A stretch of 64,000 bases of DNA from Gracilinanus agilis (Eukaryota). The position numbers and the translations under genes are program-made. Shown here piece by piece: positions 1 to 13,500 of the stretch. The DNA is taken from the NCBI RefSeq assembly GCF_016433145.1, contig NC_058133.1, positions 257,355,972 through 257,419,971 on the forward strand. Reading direction: 5' to 3'. Below the pieces are notes generated by a model. That model searched no databases. It worked only from the letters and a program-made list of their open reading frames with translations, and was not told the origin of the DNA. The stretch's first letter is position 1. Each line of letters begins with the position of its first letter.

Positions 1-500
1 CTCTAATCAAGAGTGATTAAAACAATTTTTCATATAGTTATAGATAGCTTCGATTTCTTCTTCTGAAAATTGCCTATTCATATCCCTTGACCATTTGTCA
101 ATTGAGGAATGACTTATATTTTTATAAATTTGATTTAGTTCTTTATATATTTGAGAAACCCCTACCTTCCATCTTGGAATCAATACTGTGTATAGGTTCC
201 AAGGCAGAGGAGTGGTAAGGGCTAGGCAATGGGGGTTAAGTCATTCTTGTATTTCTTAACCAGTACCAAATTGTTTTGATGATTACTGCTTTATAGTACA
301 GTTTAGGATCTGCTATCATTAGGCTATCATCCTTCACACTTTTTTTCATTAGTTCCCTTGATATTCTTGACCTTTTGTTCTTCCAGTTGAATTTTGTTAT
401 TTTTTCTAGTTCTATAAAATAGTTTTTTGGTAGATTGGATGGTATGGCACCGAATAAGTAAATTAATTTAGATAGAATTGTCATTTTATTATATTAGCTT
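1..500 (-). mobile_element. LINE-1 ORF2 fragments in a C2 intron, interrupted by a truncated SINE (156-240)
   Basis: ORF 236..484(-) reads MTILSKLIYLFGAIPSNLPKNYFIELEK...KLYYKAVIIKTIWYW, matching the conserved C-terminal part of mammalian L1 ORF2. Bases 1-155 look like a more 3' L1 segment. Confidence 0.85.
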
Positions 501-603
501 GGCTTAACCATGAGCAATTAATTAATTAATTAGTAATTAACCATGACTCTTTTAAACAATTTCCTTTCTCACCCCAGGGTTTATTCTTTCATCTTATTCA
601 CAG

Positions 604-2848
604 ATGTCTCCAAGTTTGTGGACACTGTCTGTGGTGTGGGAAATATGTCAACCAATGCTTCAGCCCAAGAGAGGACACCCTGGCACGTCATCATCAAGGT
701 AACAGCTGGGTTGTCTATCTTCATCCATGAGGATACAGAATTGGATATGCATGTAGGGGTAGAGAGAGTGAGGGGCTAAGAAACTAGACTGCAGGGTCCC
801 TAAAGCTGACATGCTTCTTTCTTACAGCCCAGCAGCAAAGACACATGCCGAGGGGCACTCATCTCTGATCAATGGGTCCTGACTGCAGCCCACTGCTTCC
901 ATAAAAAGAATAACCTCACCCTGTGGAGAGTCACCGTGGGTAAGAAGAGGAGGGGAAAGTCCCCCTAATCCTAGAGGACCCCAGGCAACTGGCTCTTGGT
1001 TCGACACTCTCTTTCTTTCCCAGAAGTTTTATTGTCCCTTAGAAATATATGAGCTGGGCTCCTCAACTTGCTACTCCTTATCCCTAGGAGATCCTAAGTC
1101 AAAGAGAGGCAGAGAGATGGAGATTGAGCAGTGGTTCATTCCAGAAGAGTTCGATGTCTATGCCAAGGTGAAGCAAGGGATCCCTGAGTTCTATGGCAGT
1201 GACATTGCCCTGCTGAAGCTGACTGAGAAGGTCAAGATGTCCAGTCATGCCAGGTGCAAGAACCAGGGGATGTCTCAAGCAGTGGAAGGAAGGGACAAAG
1301 CCCTTGGGTAGACCTCTCCTGATTCCTATCTTCTTCTCCAGACCCATCTGTCTTCCTTGTACTGTGGGGGCCAACCTGGCCCTGCGGCGTTCACCGGCCA
1401 GTACCTGTTCTGACCATGGTAATGTGGGGGGCTGGAAGAAAGATGTCCAAATTCCAGAGGAGGGCAAGGGACTACGGGAGAGCAGATAGTGAGACTCTAG
1501 TGAGAGCAGAAATTGGGAGGTGAGGGAGGATACAAGCAGATGCCTGTGGTCTTATGTGAGGGCTCATATAGAGATGGTGCCTTTCTCTCTGATTTACAGA
1601 GAATATACTTTTGAAGAAAAATGAAATCCCAGCTCACTTTGTCTCACTGGATGATGAGATAATGGACATTGTTCTCAAGGAAGAGAATGAGGTGAGGACC
1701 CAGAAGGAGGGAAGTGAAGGGGAAAGAGAAGTGGGCAGAGGCAGGGAAGGCATCTTCAGACTGAACTCCCTACCATGGTATACCTAGGGGTGTACTCTCA
1801 AAACTTGACCCCAATATTCTCCCTGTGTCCTTCTAGCCTGCCCCTCAAGGGTCTTTGGAAAAACAGTGTAGCAGAATGGGAAGAGCACTCCTTGAGTTTG
1901 AAGATTTAACTCCATTATTTAAGATATGGATTAGAATCCTAGTTCTGATACTACGCAACCTTGGAAGTCATTTCAAACTCTCTAGGCTTCTCAAAAGGGT
2001 TGGACTTTAAGCTCATCTTCCAGCTTAAAATCTTTCCATCCTATGAGCTTTTGCAGTCTATCCCCCTAATATTTCCTTCCTCCTTCTCTCCCCTCACCCC
2101 TAACCTAGCGGACAATCTGCCTCCAGGCTGTCTCCCAAGCCAAACAATTTTTCTCTAACCTCACGGATGTGAAACAAGTGGTGACTGACCAATTTCTGTG
2201 TAGTGGCACTGGAAATGATGCTTCCCCTTGCAAGGGTGAGTGTGGAGGACCCCAGGTTACCTGGGGAAAAAGCAAGTCAGAGTTGGTGGAGACAGAAGAT
2301 TGGTCCCTTTGGTCAGGATTGATCATGCCTCTGCCTAGCTGTCTGGCCCAACATCTCAGGATGCCGCTGACTAGGGTGAGAGGGATGGGAACTGGATGGG
2401 AGCTGAGCTGATGATGCTTCTTTTCTTTCTTCCCATTCTTGGCAGGAGAATCTGGAGGGGCAGTTTTCCTTCAGAAGAGATACAGGTATTTTCAGGTAAG
2501 GAGACTAGGGAAAAGGAGCTAACTGGAATTTACTCTGGGGCAGAGATTATAGGATCTCTAGTAGAGAGTGGGATAGGGGTGCTAGGTTACATGGAAAGCT
2601 TTGAGGAATGGCCAGGGGCTGGATTATCTTATTTTCTTCTCTTCCTTGTTTAGGTGGGGCTGGTGAGCTGGGGTTTATACAATCCATGTTCCGAAAAGAC
2701 AACCACCCCAAATAAGGTGAATCGCTACCCATCCTCAGCTGGCACTCTAGCTCGAGATTTCCACATCAGCGTCTTTCGACTTCAGCCCTGGTTGAGACAA
2801 CATCTGAAAAATGTCTTACGTTTTCTTCCCCTTGGGCCAGCTTCCTGA
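604..2848 (+). CDS. C2: Complement C2, 3' portion (exons 11-18 by human numbering; serine protease domain); the 5' part lies outside the window
   Basis: Exons 604-698, 828-939, 1088-1253, 1342-1418, 1600-1691, 2109-2235, 2446-2495, 2654-2848, all flanked by AG/GT. Translation includes [23 protein letters not shown] (His), GSDIALLKL (Asp), CKGESGG (Ser), VGLVSWG and [25 protein letters not shown] at 2878-2883. Confidence 0.96.
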
Positions 2849-3390
2849 ATCCTGACCTTCCTAGTGTCCAGCTACTGATTAAAGTCTTAAGACCCTGTCC
2901 TCTCTAGCAGAGACCTGCCTGGCCTCCAGCTCTAGCTGCCCATTTGTTTGAGTCTCTTACATAGCCCTTCTCTATCTTATCACACTTCCATTTCCCCTCT
3001 CTCCCAGCTTTGCTCTCTGTTCCATTCCATTCCCTACCTCTTCTGGGATTTCCCCAGTGATGACATTAATAAATTTTTGCTATTTCACCATATTCCCATC
3101 TATTCTTTTATTGGTCTGTGGGGCAGGGTTAGGATTGGGCTGGAGAAAGTAGTGGAAACCACCGAAAAGATTCCAGGAATTAGTTGAGGGCAGGAGGTCA
3201 GAGACCTCGATAGACAAATACCCTACGGACTCTGTTCCCATCACCCAGACCGGGGAGGGGGAGCTCAGAGATGTCAAGAGAGGGCAGCTGGCTTGACTCC
3301 TAAATCATTGTGGGATCTGGGCAAGAGCTGAAAGGAAATTTGAAACTCTAGATCTCTGAGTCCTGGGCAGTAAAGGGTGGGACATGGATT

Positions 3391-3524
3391 GGTTTCGGTT
3401 TCCTTGGCTTCCAGTGAAAAGGGCCCCAAGACAAACACACACATACATATGTTCCCCCTTGGGCATTACCGAAAGTGATGCTGGGGGGCGGGGCAAGCTA
3501 CAGGTGCCAGAAGAGATTGCATAA
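3391..3524 (+). promoter_or_regulatory. CFB upstream interferon/acute-phase module: ISRE/IRF site, GAS-like site, GC box, C/EBP site
   Basis: GGTTTCGGTTTCC 3391-3403 (reverse complement GGAAACCGAAACC), TTACCGAAA 3466-3474, GGGGCGGGGC 3485-3494, ATTGCATAA 3516-3524. All lie 230-360 bp upstream of the CFB ATG. Confidence 0.6.
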
Positions 3525-3751
3525 AGGGAAGTGGGGGGTGGTGATGAGGGGAAAGCAAGAGCAATCCAGTTTAGGATTAGAGTTTGGACTTGGACAGAGA
3601 GCTTCAGTCCATGATAGATTCAGAGAGAGACGGCCCCGACTTTCTTCTTATCTGCAGGACCCTCTCCCCTCAGTTGTCCTGTTCACCCAGCTTCTCTTAC
3701 TTAGAGAGGCGGAAAGAGGAGGCCATCTAAATGGCCTCCCTTCCCATCACC

Positions 3752-6700
3752 ATGAAGAAGAAATCGTGTGCCTGGCTCTGTGTTCTTCCCTTGATCCTAG
3801 GACTTCTATCTGCTGGTAAATTATCTGTCCTATTTCCTACTGGGTCTCCCCTGGAGCAGAGTAGCTGAGGCACCTGCCCTTATAAACTTTCTCAGAGGAC
3901 TTCTTTCTTGTCTCCTTTGTCTGAACCTCTGCTCTTGTCACTGAACTGGGTTTGGGGATCAGAGGACCTGAATTCAAATTCTGACTCTTTCTCTTTCTCC
4001 TTTATTGCAAACATAATTTTTTTTTTCCTGCCTCCAGCTTCCTCAGTTCTAAGATGAGGGGATTTGAGAATCCTATGATCTGTTCTCTCTAGGTGTGAGC
4101 TCAGCACCATCTGAGCCTAACAAACCATGTCCTCTGGAGGGAATAGAGATCACAGGTGGCTCTTTTCAAGTTCTCAAGGATGGCCAGTTTCTGGAATACA
4201 CATGCCCACCTGGCTACTATCCATATCCTATGAAGATCCGTAATTGCAAGCCTTGGGGGTCCTGGAGTATCCTGCAGACTCGAACTAAGAAGATAGTTAA
4301 AAAAGCTGAGTGCAGGGGTGAGGAGTGCATGGGTTTGGGAAATGGATTTGGGAGGGATAAGGATTAAGGTTAGGGCTAAGGGTAGAGTTGGGACTGAGGT
4401 TAGATTGAGGTCTGTGGTTATGATTAAGCTTAAGGTTTGGTTTGAGATGAGGTTTGTCCATAGGCTTTGCTCATATTGCCAAGAATGTATTGTTTGGGCT
4501 AGATTCAGGGATGTGTTTGAGTATAGGGTTAGGGGAAGGCCAAAGCATATGTTTTGACAAGCAAGGAGAGGGAGAGTGGGTTAGGAAACTGGAGTCAGCA
4601 CGCTTTGGGGTCCTAATTCCAATCTTAATCTCATCCCTAATAGTAACCCCAATTTTAGTCTCAGAGTCCCACAAGAGATCTAGGTTTATATTCTAACTCC
4701 AAAGCTAACTAGCTGTGTGACCCTGGCAAAGTCAATTTCTTTAATTGTAAAACTAGATACTTGGCATTGCAAATATCAATGAATTGAGGATGGAGGAGAT
4801 CTGTAGACATGTTCATAGCAGTAGTAGTAACATTCTATTCTTGAGACAAAGACTGCAAAACAAAGGAGATCCCATCTGAGGATTCCTCTCTTCCCCCCTT
4901 TTTTTTTTTTTTTTTTTAAACCCTTACTTTCTGTCTTGGAGTCAGTACTGTGTATTGGCTCCAAGGCAGAAGAGTGGTATGGGTAGGTAATGGGGGTTAA
5001 ATGACTTGCTCAGTATCACACAGCTAGGAAGTGTCTGAGGCCAAATTTTGAACCCAGGACCTCCTGTCTCTAGGCCTGGCTCTCAATACACTGAGCTACG
5101 CAGCTGCCCCCCTTCTCTTCCCTTCTGATGCCCTGGCCTTCTTCTTTCCCTCCCTTTTGTTCCTAAAGCAATCCAATGCCCAGGCCCTGAGGACTTTGAG
5201 AATGGTGACTTCTGGCCAAGAAAACGCTTCTACAATATAAGTGAACAGATCTCTTTCCATTGCTACGATGGGTATAACCTACGTGGCTCTGTCAATCGTA
5301 CCTGCCAGTCCACTGGCCGCTGGGATGGACATACAACTATCTGTGATAATGGTGGTGAGTTCTCCCTTCTACAAAACTCTCCCTCCTGATTCCCCGGTTC
5401 CCTTAGTGACCTTAGCTAGGTCAGACATCCCTTATTCCAAACATCATGTCGGGTCAGCTTTGTTTCCCCCGTGGCAGGCTTGAGATCTCACCTCATTGAC
5501 TTCCCGCAGCGGGTTACTGCCAGGACCCTGGCATCCCCATTGGAACAAGAAAGGCGGGCAGACAATACCGACTGGAGGATAGTGTCACCTACGACTGTGG
5601 CCAAGGGCTCACCTTACAAGGCTCCCAGAAGCGCACCTGCATGGAAGATGGATCCTGGAGTGGCACAGAGCCCTCTTGCCGAGGTGCCTCCGAGTAAACT
5701 CTGTCTCTGGTCTTTACTGCGACTCTAGAATTCTCTGTACCTGCCAGACTATTTCTAACTCTGAATTGCCTACTCACTCCTGCTCTTCATCCAAAATGTT
5801 CTCTATTTTCAAACCCCTACCCTGATTTGGTCCTTTCCCTCCAAATCCTTCTAGGACTATTTCTCTTACTTCCATAAATTCCCTTGCTCTCTCTGCTCTT
5901 AGCATATGGTCACTCCCTCAGTCATTCACCATTCTTGATTCTACCTTTGATCTCTGCTCGAAGACTCCTTCATGTATGATACTCCGGAGGAGGTGTCTGC
6001 TGCCTTCATCTCTTCTCTGACAGAGACCATTGAAGGGGCTGATGCAGAAGATGGATATAGCCCAGGTATGTGCTCTGTGTGTGTTAACAAGTATGTACAT
6101 ACACACTAGGAACAGGAAGAGGCAGCTTTGGGGAGGAAGCCCCGGGAAGGGGAGTAGAAAGAGAATGAATCTGGGGAAAGGGGGAGGTGGGCATACTGGG
6201 GGGTGGGTGGGTTTCCAAGCTTTCCATACCTTATTTCCCTCCCAGGAGGGCAGCAGAATCGGAAGATTGTCCTGGACCCCGCAGGATCCATGAACATCTA
6301 CCTAGTGCTAGACGCATCAGATAGCATTGGCAAGAACAACTTCACAGGAGCCAAAAAGTGTCTCAGCAGCCTTATTGACAAGGTAGTGACTAGCAGCCTG
6401 CCCCCTCCTTGGGTATCCCACTGCCTCTCCATCAAATCAACAAAAGCATTAATGAAGAAGTCTGTGTGATGCGGGAAGAAAATTTGGATAAGGCCCAGTT
6501 CTTGGTGTCATAGAGCTTAGTCTAGCTGAGGGAGAGATGATGCAGAAACAGATAACCATAATAACAGTGTTAGATAATTCATACATCAAAGAAGCCCAAA
6601 AAAAAGTGTTGTGTGGTCGGATAGGAAAAGTCTTGCTCAGGAGGAAAGTATTCCTTGAAGAGGTGGCAACAAAGCTCAGCTTTTAAGGACTTGAAGAAAT

Positions 6701-9700
6701 GCTCCCTCCCAACTTCTCTTTGTCTCTATTCTCCTTTCCCCTCGGCTCATCTTGCCACCTTACTCCCTAGATTCCCCCAAATTTCTGCTGGCTTCAAGAT
6801 CCCCTGACTCTGAACCAGCTATGAACCACGGGTGCTCTACATCCTGGCTGCCACCTACCCAGTAGATTCCTCCTCCTGTCGCTTCCTGAGCCACTCCAGC
6901 ATTTTCCTGTGTCCTTCTTCTGCCAGGTGGCGAGTTATGGTGTGGAGCCACGGTATGCAGTAGTGACCTATGCCACAGAAGCCAAAGCTGTGGTCAAACT
7001 GTCAGATAGAGAAAGCAGTAATGCAGACTGGGTCAAGCAGGAGCTGGACAAGATCAAATACTCAGGTCTGGCCACTGGTGCCTAGGGGGTTGGGTTGGAG
7101 TTCCTCTGTGGGGGGAGGGTCAAAGGAAGTTAGCAGAGTTACAGTGGGATTAGGAAATTATAAAGTGTATAGGTGATGGGCATAGGAGTGAGGGAGAGGC
7201 AGGTCTATTGCGTAAAGGATAAGGAAAATGAAGGGTAGTGAAAGGTAGATCAGGAGGTTGTGATCAGAGATATGAAGAGAGGGGATGATGACCTTGTTCC
7301 TTCCTACAGATCACCGATTAAAGGCAGGAACGAACACAAAAAAGGCACTAACAATGTTGTATGAGATGATGATCCTACAGGAGTCCAAAAATGACATTAA
7401 TTGGAATAAAACACGCCATGTGATCGTGCTCATGACTGACGGTTAGAAGGAACTTCCCTGGGGAACTCTCCAACCCTCTTGTTTGTTTCCCCTAAACCTT
7501 AGGTTCTGGGTGACCCTCCAACTCCTTCACTACTCCCTAACTCTCTCTGAGGATGATTCCTCATTTAGTCTTTTGGCTTCATGCCTCTTTTACCAGTCAG
7601 AGAAGTCAAAGAGGACTCTCATCTCCCAATGTTGCCATGATTTCTTTTTCCATCAGCTTTTTATGGCCCTGAACAATAATGTCACGTCTTCACACCTCTG
7701 TCAGTCTGCCTTGTTGTCATTTTAGGAATATAATCCCCATTTCCTTCAATACATGTAGGAAATTACAACATGGGAGGGGACCCTGTGGCTGCTATTGAGC
7801 AGATCCGAGAGTTTCTGGATATTGGAAAGAACCGTAAAAACCCAAGGGAAAATTATCTGGGTGAGTGTCCAAGCTCCTTGAACAATTAAGGCAAAGAACC
7901 TGATGTCTGGATTAGATACCACTCCTTTCAGAGATTCAGGAGGCCCTCAAACTTTACTTTCTTCCTTAGATGTCTATGTATTTGGAATTGGTCCCCTTGT
8001 TGACCAGGAGAAGATCAATGCTTTGGCTTCAAAGAAGGATGGAGAAAGGCATGTGTTCAAAGTTAAGGACATGGAAGACCTAGAGAATGTCTTCTTCTTG
8101 ATGATTGGTAAGTGCCTGGAGGTGGAACTATTATTCAATGATACAAGAATCTAGGAATCACTACTACCCTTCCACTGATCCTGATCACTTAACTTATTCC
8201 TACCCCTGCCTTCTTTTCCTAAAAGTTCAGAGATACTTTCTAATGTTCAATCTCCCTCTATTTTGATGAAACCTTAAGTTTCTCTCTGTTACAATTTTTC
8301 AACCCCATTCCAGGCTCTAATAATAAAATAATGGAATAGTAAGGGTTAACTTGTTCAACCCAAGTGTCCTGTCTCCAAGTTGAGTCCACTCCCATTAGGA
8401 GAACTAAGAGGCAACAACTACTTAGTTCTCTCTCTCCCCTAGATGAAAGTAAAGCTCTAAGTCTGTGTGGGATAGCATGGGGACGACACAAAAGTGGACG
8501 CCATGAAGCACAACCCTGGCATGTCTCCATCAATGTCATTGTGAGTGTTCTGGAACTGGGTGGTGTGGCAGGATGGAGAAATTGGAGGTAATATGGAACA
8601 GGGTGAGAAGGTTGTATCAGAGAATGTTTATAGCTAGGGATGTAACCCCTTTCTCTTGCCCACCCAATTTCTGTCCATAGCGACCCTCTGCAGGAAAGGA
8701 GTCCTGTAAAGGGGCTGTGGTATCAGAATACTATGTGCTGACAGCTGCCCACTGCTTCAATGTGGATGACCAGGCCCATAATGTCAAGGTCGATGCAGGT
8801 AAGGCAGCTCTACTTCCTAATTTCCCTCAATCCAGCTTCCCAATTATTTTTTCATAAAAATAATTCTCATCGATGGGAATTTCCTAATCACCTTTATACC
8901 CACCTACATACTACCTCCCACCCATTTTCCTTTACTTTCTTGATCAGGGCCAGAAAGAGTAGGAACAATCAGGGACTAGGGCCACAGCAATAGCTTAGGG
9001 GTGATTCCTATTTCCTCTTCCTTTATTCCAGGAGGTGTGCAGAACAGGGAGGTAGAGAGTGTCTATTTCCACCCTGATTATGACATCAATAGAAAAAAAG
9101 CTGAAGGGATTGCTGAATTCTATGACTATGACATTGCCCTCGTCAAGCTCAAGAAGAAGTTTACGTTCACAAAAGATCTCCGGTCAGAATCCTTGGGTCT
9201 GGGAAGGGATTGAGGGCCTAGAGCCTTGAATGGCATGATGCTCAACTTAAGATTCTCTTTCCTACATAGACCCATCTGTCTTCCATGCACAGAGCCAACA
9301 ACTCGGGCTTTGAGGCTCCCATTATCAACCACGTGCCAACAACAAGGTGAGATAAATGAGACATCAAGAGATGAAAGACATCAACAGATGGATGTATAGC
9401 ACAGAAGATGTGAAACTGTTTCTTTTTCCCATCAGAGAAAGAGTTGCTCCCTGAAAAGAATGTCAAAGCTCTGTTTGTGTTTGAGGACAAGAACAACTTG
9501 ATGCAGAAGGAAGTATACATAAAGAATGGGGAAATGGTAAGGACATGAGAGGGCCTTGCAGGAAGTCCACTTCTCTTTAAGTTCCTTCTCCCACAAAACT
9601 ATCTCTTCTTGTGGCCCACAGAAAGCCAGCTGTGAACGAGATGCTCTCAAAGCCCCAGGCTATGAGAAAGTAAGGGATCTCTCTGATGTAGTAACACCCA

Positions 9701-10244
9701 GATTCCTCTGCACGGGGGGATCAGATCCTCAAGCTGACCCCAACACCTGTAAAGGCAAGAAAGCTTTCTCTTCAATGCCCTTTCTTTAAGACACAATCAT
9801 CTTCTATAGGCTTATGGCTTTCCCTTTCTTCCTACAGGGGATTCTGGTGGTCCACTTATTATTCACAAGAAAAGCCGCTTCATTCAAGTAAGTTTTTCTT
9901 TCCCCTTCCATCTCAGGAGGCAAAGTGTCCTCCTGAGGCCACCATTTAGCATAGCAGCTTAATTCTAAGGGGAGAGGGAGATCCTTGGACTGTTATCTGA
10001 TTTTGGGAAGGTTCTACAAAAACCTATGTTTTTGGAATTTCCAGTGGATACCATCCAAATGGTCAATATATTATTCCGCCTAACTTTTCCTTAGGTGGGT
10101 GTGATTAGCTGGGGTGTGGTAGATGTCTGCAAACGACCCAACAGAGCCATTCCCTCCCACGCCCGTGACTTCCACATCAACCTCTTTCAAGTATTGCCTT
10201 GGCTTCGGGAAAAACTGAAGGACGAGGATCTAGCCTTCTTGTGA
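3752..10244 (+). CDS. CFB: Complement factor B, 18 coding exons, about 758 aa
   Basis: Exons 3752-3815, 4093-4317, 5169-5354, 5510-5683, 5964-6065, 6246-6382, 6927-7065, 7310-7441, 7759-7860, 7970-8107, 8443-8540, 8681-8798, 9032-9182, 9270-9346, 9436-9536, 9622-9754, 9838-9887, 10095-10244 (2277 nt). Three CCP modules, factor D site QQNR|KIVLD, VWA MIDAS DASDS, protease triad TAAHC / DYDIAL / GDSGG. Intron 16 is GC-AG. An in-frame upstream ATG lies at 3731. ATTAAA at 10298-10303. Confidence 0.97.
4918..5111 (-). mobile_element. SINE1_Mdo-like SINE in CFB intron 2
   Basis: Reverse complement of the GGGGCAGCTG...TGGGTTCAAA...GGTAAGGG-type SINE, with the poly-T tract at about 4899-4917 as its tail. 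Confidence 0.85.
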
Positions 10245-10539
10245 GATTTTCTATGGGGACAGAACAGAGGCATGGGAAATACTTATTGTCTGGGAAAATT
10301 AAAACAAAGAACTGCAATCATTCATGTGTTTGAGTTCTATGTGTAGGGCTGAGGAATTCTGGCAGTCACAGTAACATAGCCCATACCAAACCAGATGGCC
10401 TTTTCCATTGGCCTCACTCCCAATCTCGGATGAAAGAAATTCAGAGGCTAAGTAGGTTAACTGAATATCCACCTCAGTGGGTTTTACTGAGACCTGGATG
10501 GGAAAAGGAGAGATTTCTTTCCCCAATTCTTCCAGCTGT

Positions 10540-13500
10540 CTAGAATCCATCCACAAGGTTTTCTTTATAGACATCATCATTGTAGACAATCTGGGTCCTC
10601 TTGTCCCGATGGCAGCCCTTGGGGCTGCTTTGTACAGCTAGGAAAAAAAGAGAAGAGTATGTTAAGGAAATAGAAAATCGAGTCAGACCCACAGTCCGGG
10701 ACCACCCTTATATTCAGCTATGAAGCAGGCAAAGTTGGTTGTCAGCCTCTTTTCCTCTGTGGAGATTTGCAATCACACAGACTTTTGGGAATGTAGATCC
10801 CCTTCAATACATTAATTTATACTGGACTGCCTTCTTGCCATTCTCAAGCCTATGAACAGCTAACCCAGACTTTGGGTGAAGCCCTGGAAGCATGGGTGAA
10901 AGAAAGGAAAAAGTGGAAAAAACTGCATTTTGAATTGTATTGATATTATGATTCAAATCAATTTGTGTTCTTTGAAAAGTTTATAATGATTTTTACAAAG
11001 TAAAGACATGAAAAATGTTAACATTTGACTTCTATTAGTACAACAAATGAATGGATTAAAGTTCTGAAAGCAAGTTGTATTCTTTTGTTAATGACACTGG
11101 TAAATTTTAGTTCTTACCTTTAATAAATTTAGTTTTATCTATAATCTAGCTATAAAGTTAGGAAGTGGATCAATTTATTAATGTTAACATAATAGGAACA
11201 GATAACACAGCAATATAAACCTCTCCACTCCAAGATAATATATTAAAAGATGTAACTCTAGGTCAAAATATTCTCATTTAAGTTCCTAAACCTCCCCAAA
11301 GACATTCTGGGAACAACTGACCTATCATCTTCACATCCAAGTATTGTCCCTATAGATATTCTCTTTTCTTTAGAGTGCAGAGAAGGAAATATTCCTCCTC
11401 CAGTTAATTTCTCTGCCTGTGCCCTAAGATCCCACTCCTGGGAAACCTCATTCCCATTTATATCCTCCTTCTAGTCTCTTTAATTCTTCTCTTTCTCCTT
11501 CAAATATGTATAGCTTTCCTGAATTCTGAAAAAACAAAAACACCAACCCCCCCCCCCCCAAATCCTTTATTTGACGCTGGCTTAACCTTTCAGCTAACAT
11601 CCTAATCCTCACCTTTTCACTACTAACTCTTTCAATTGGTTGGTCTCCAACTACTTTTGACATTTAAATAACTTCTTTCCTAAATCTATGACTTTCCTAA
11701 ATCTGACTTTGACCCCATCTGTCTATGAAAAAGGCTTCCTCAAATAATAGTCACCAACAAGTTGGGGTAGTGGAAAGAGCACCAGATTTGTAGTCTGATA
11801 ATGTGGGTTCTGCTGTGTGATTTGTGGTAGTCATTTTATTGCTTTGGGCTTCATTTTCTTTATCTATAAAATGAGGGGGTTGGCATAGATGATCTCTAAA
11901 ATCACTTCCATCTCTAAATCCTGTAGTGATGACTTTAGGACATCCTAGTCACCAAACTGAAAGACTTTTCCCTAGTTTTCAATTCTTTAACATGTGCCAC
12001 TCTTGGATGACCATTCTTCCCTGTGTAAAGTTCTGAAACTCTTTCCACTTGGTTTCTGTGACATGGCATTATTCTGGCTATATCCTCTCTTCTATTCTTT
12101 TCCCTCTTCATTTTGGGAAGAAATGGACTAGTCTTCAAGACTCAGTTCTTGTTTTTTTCCTCTTCTCTACAATTTCCCTGCTGAACTGATCTTCTCTTAT
12201 AACTTCAATTCTTCTCTATACTATCAAATGTACATTTTCATGTACGATCTTAACATCTGAGTTTCAGGCATATACATACATATAGGGCATTTATGTCTGA
12301 AAGTACTATCATCTCAAAAACTGACATGTCTAAAATTCAAGTCATCTACTTCAACAAAATGGCTCTAAAACCCAACTCTCCTATTTTTCCTAGTTATCAT
12401 TTCCCCACTTAAAAACCCTTACCATCTTTCTTAGAATCAATACTAAGTATTAATTCCAAGACAGAAGGACAGTAAGGGTTAGGCAGTTGGGGTTAAGTAA
12501 CTTGCCCAGGGTCTCCCATTTCTATGCATTTGGTCACTTAGTTGCCTCTTCTTCCTAGTTATTTAGGTTAGAAGCTTCTCTGTGGAAAGAACCCTTGTTC
12601 TCTGACTCTCCCTCTCTTTCATCCTATATCCAACTCAATTCTGTTCTTTGTAAATATCTTGAGTTTATCTTCTTTCCTTTCCCTCCCCATGGTTACCATC
12701 CTAATCCTAACCCTCATCTCCTTTTAGTGAACCTAAGAAATTATATAGAAGAGCAAGATGAAATGGTATGTTATTGTGGGGTTGACCTGGGAACTGTATT
12801 CTTACCGAGGGAGCCCCAGACAGAATTGCCAGTGGCAGCATCTAGCATGGGCTGCTTACGAGCGATGCTAACCTTGAGTTGCACAGATTCTACCTTGGTC
12901 CCATTGAGCTGTAAGAGAGACCAGTGGTGGTAGGAAAGGTTAAAAACAAATTAGAGAGGATCTACTGCATCAGAGACATCCTAAGAACAAATAAGTAGGG
13001 AATTAAGAACAGAAGAGATCCTAGGTTGAGAATGAGGAGATTATGATGTTGGGGAAGGCACTCACAACTTACACCACCCTCTTTCCAAAATTTTATGGAG
13101 AAATAAAGGTCAGGAGAAGGAATGCGGGGGATAGAATTAGAAATACTGACCTCAGCTATTGCTTGATCTGCTGATTCCATCTTTTCATAGGTGACAAAAG
13201 CACAGCTGGGTGAGGATGGAAAATAGCATCATCCTAGGGCCCACAGCTCTTCTGACCACTCCCTCTTCCAATTTCTTCCACCAGGCCCAATATAAGTGAC
13301 TTTCCTTCCCCATTCCCTCCCAACCTTCTGTTTCTTCTCTCTGACCTATGAGAATTTTTCTCTCTCACTTTCTTGTATTTTTCCCTAGGACTCCAAAGAT
13401 CTTACTTCACCTCACTCTTCTCACTTCCTATTCCAAACCTCCTTACTTTCGGGGTGGGTCCATGGAGAGGTCAATGATGTTCCCAAAGGGTGAGAAGGCT

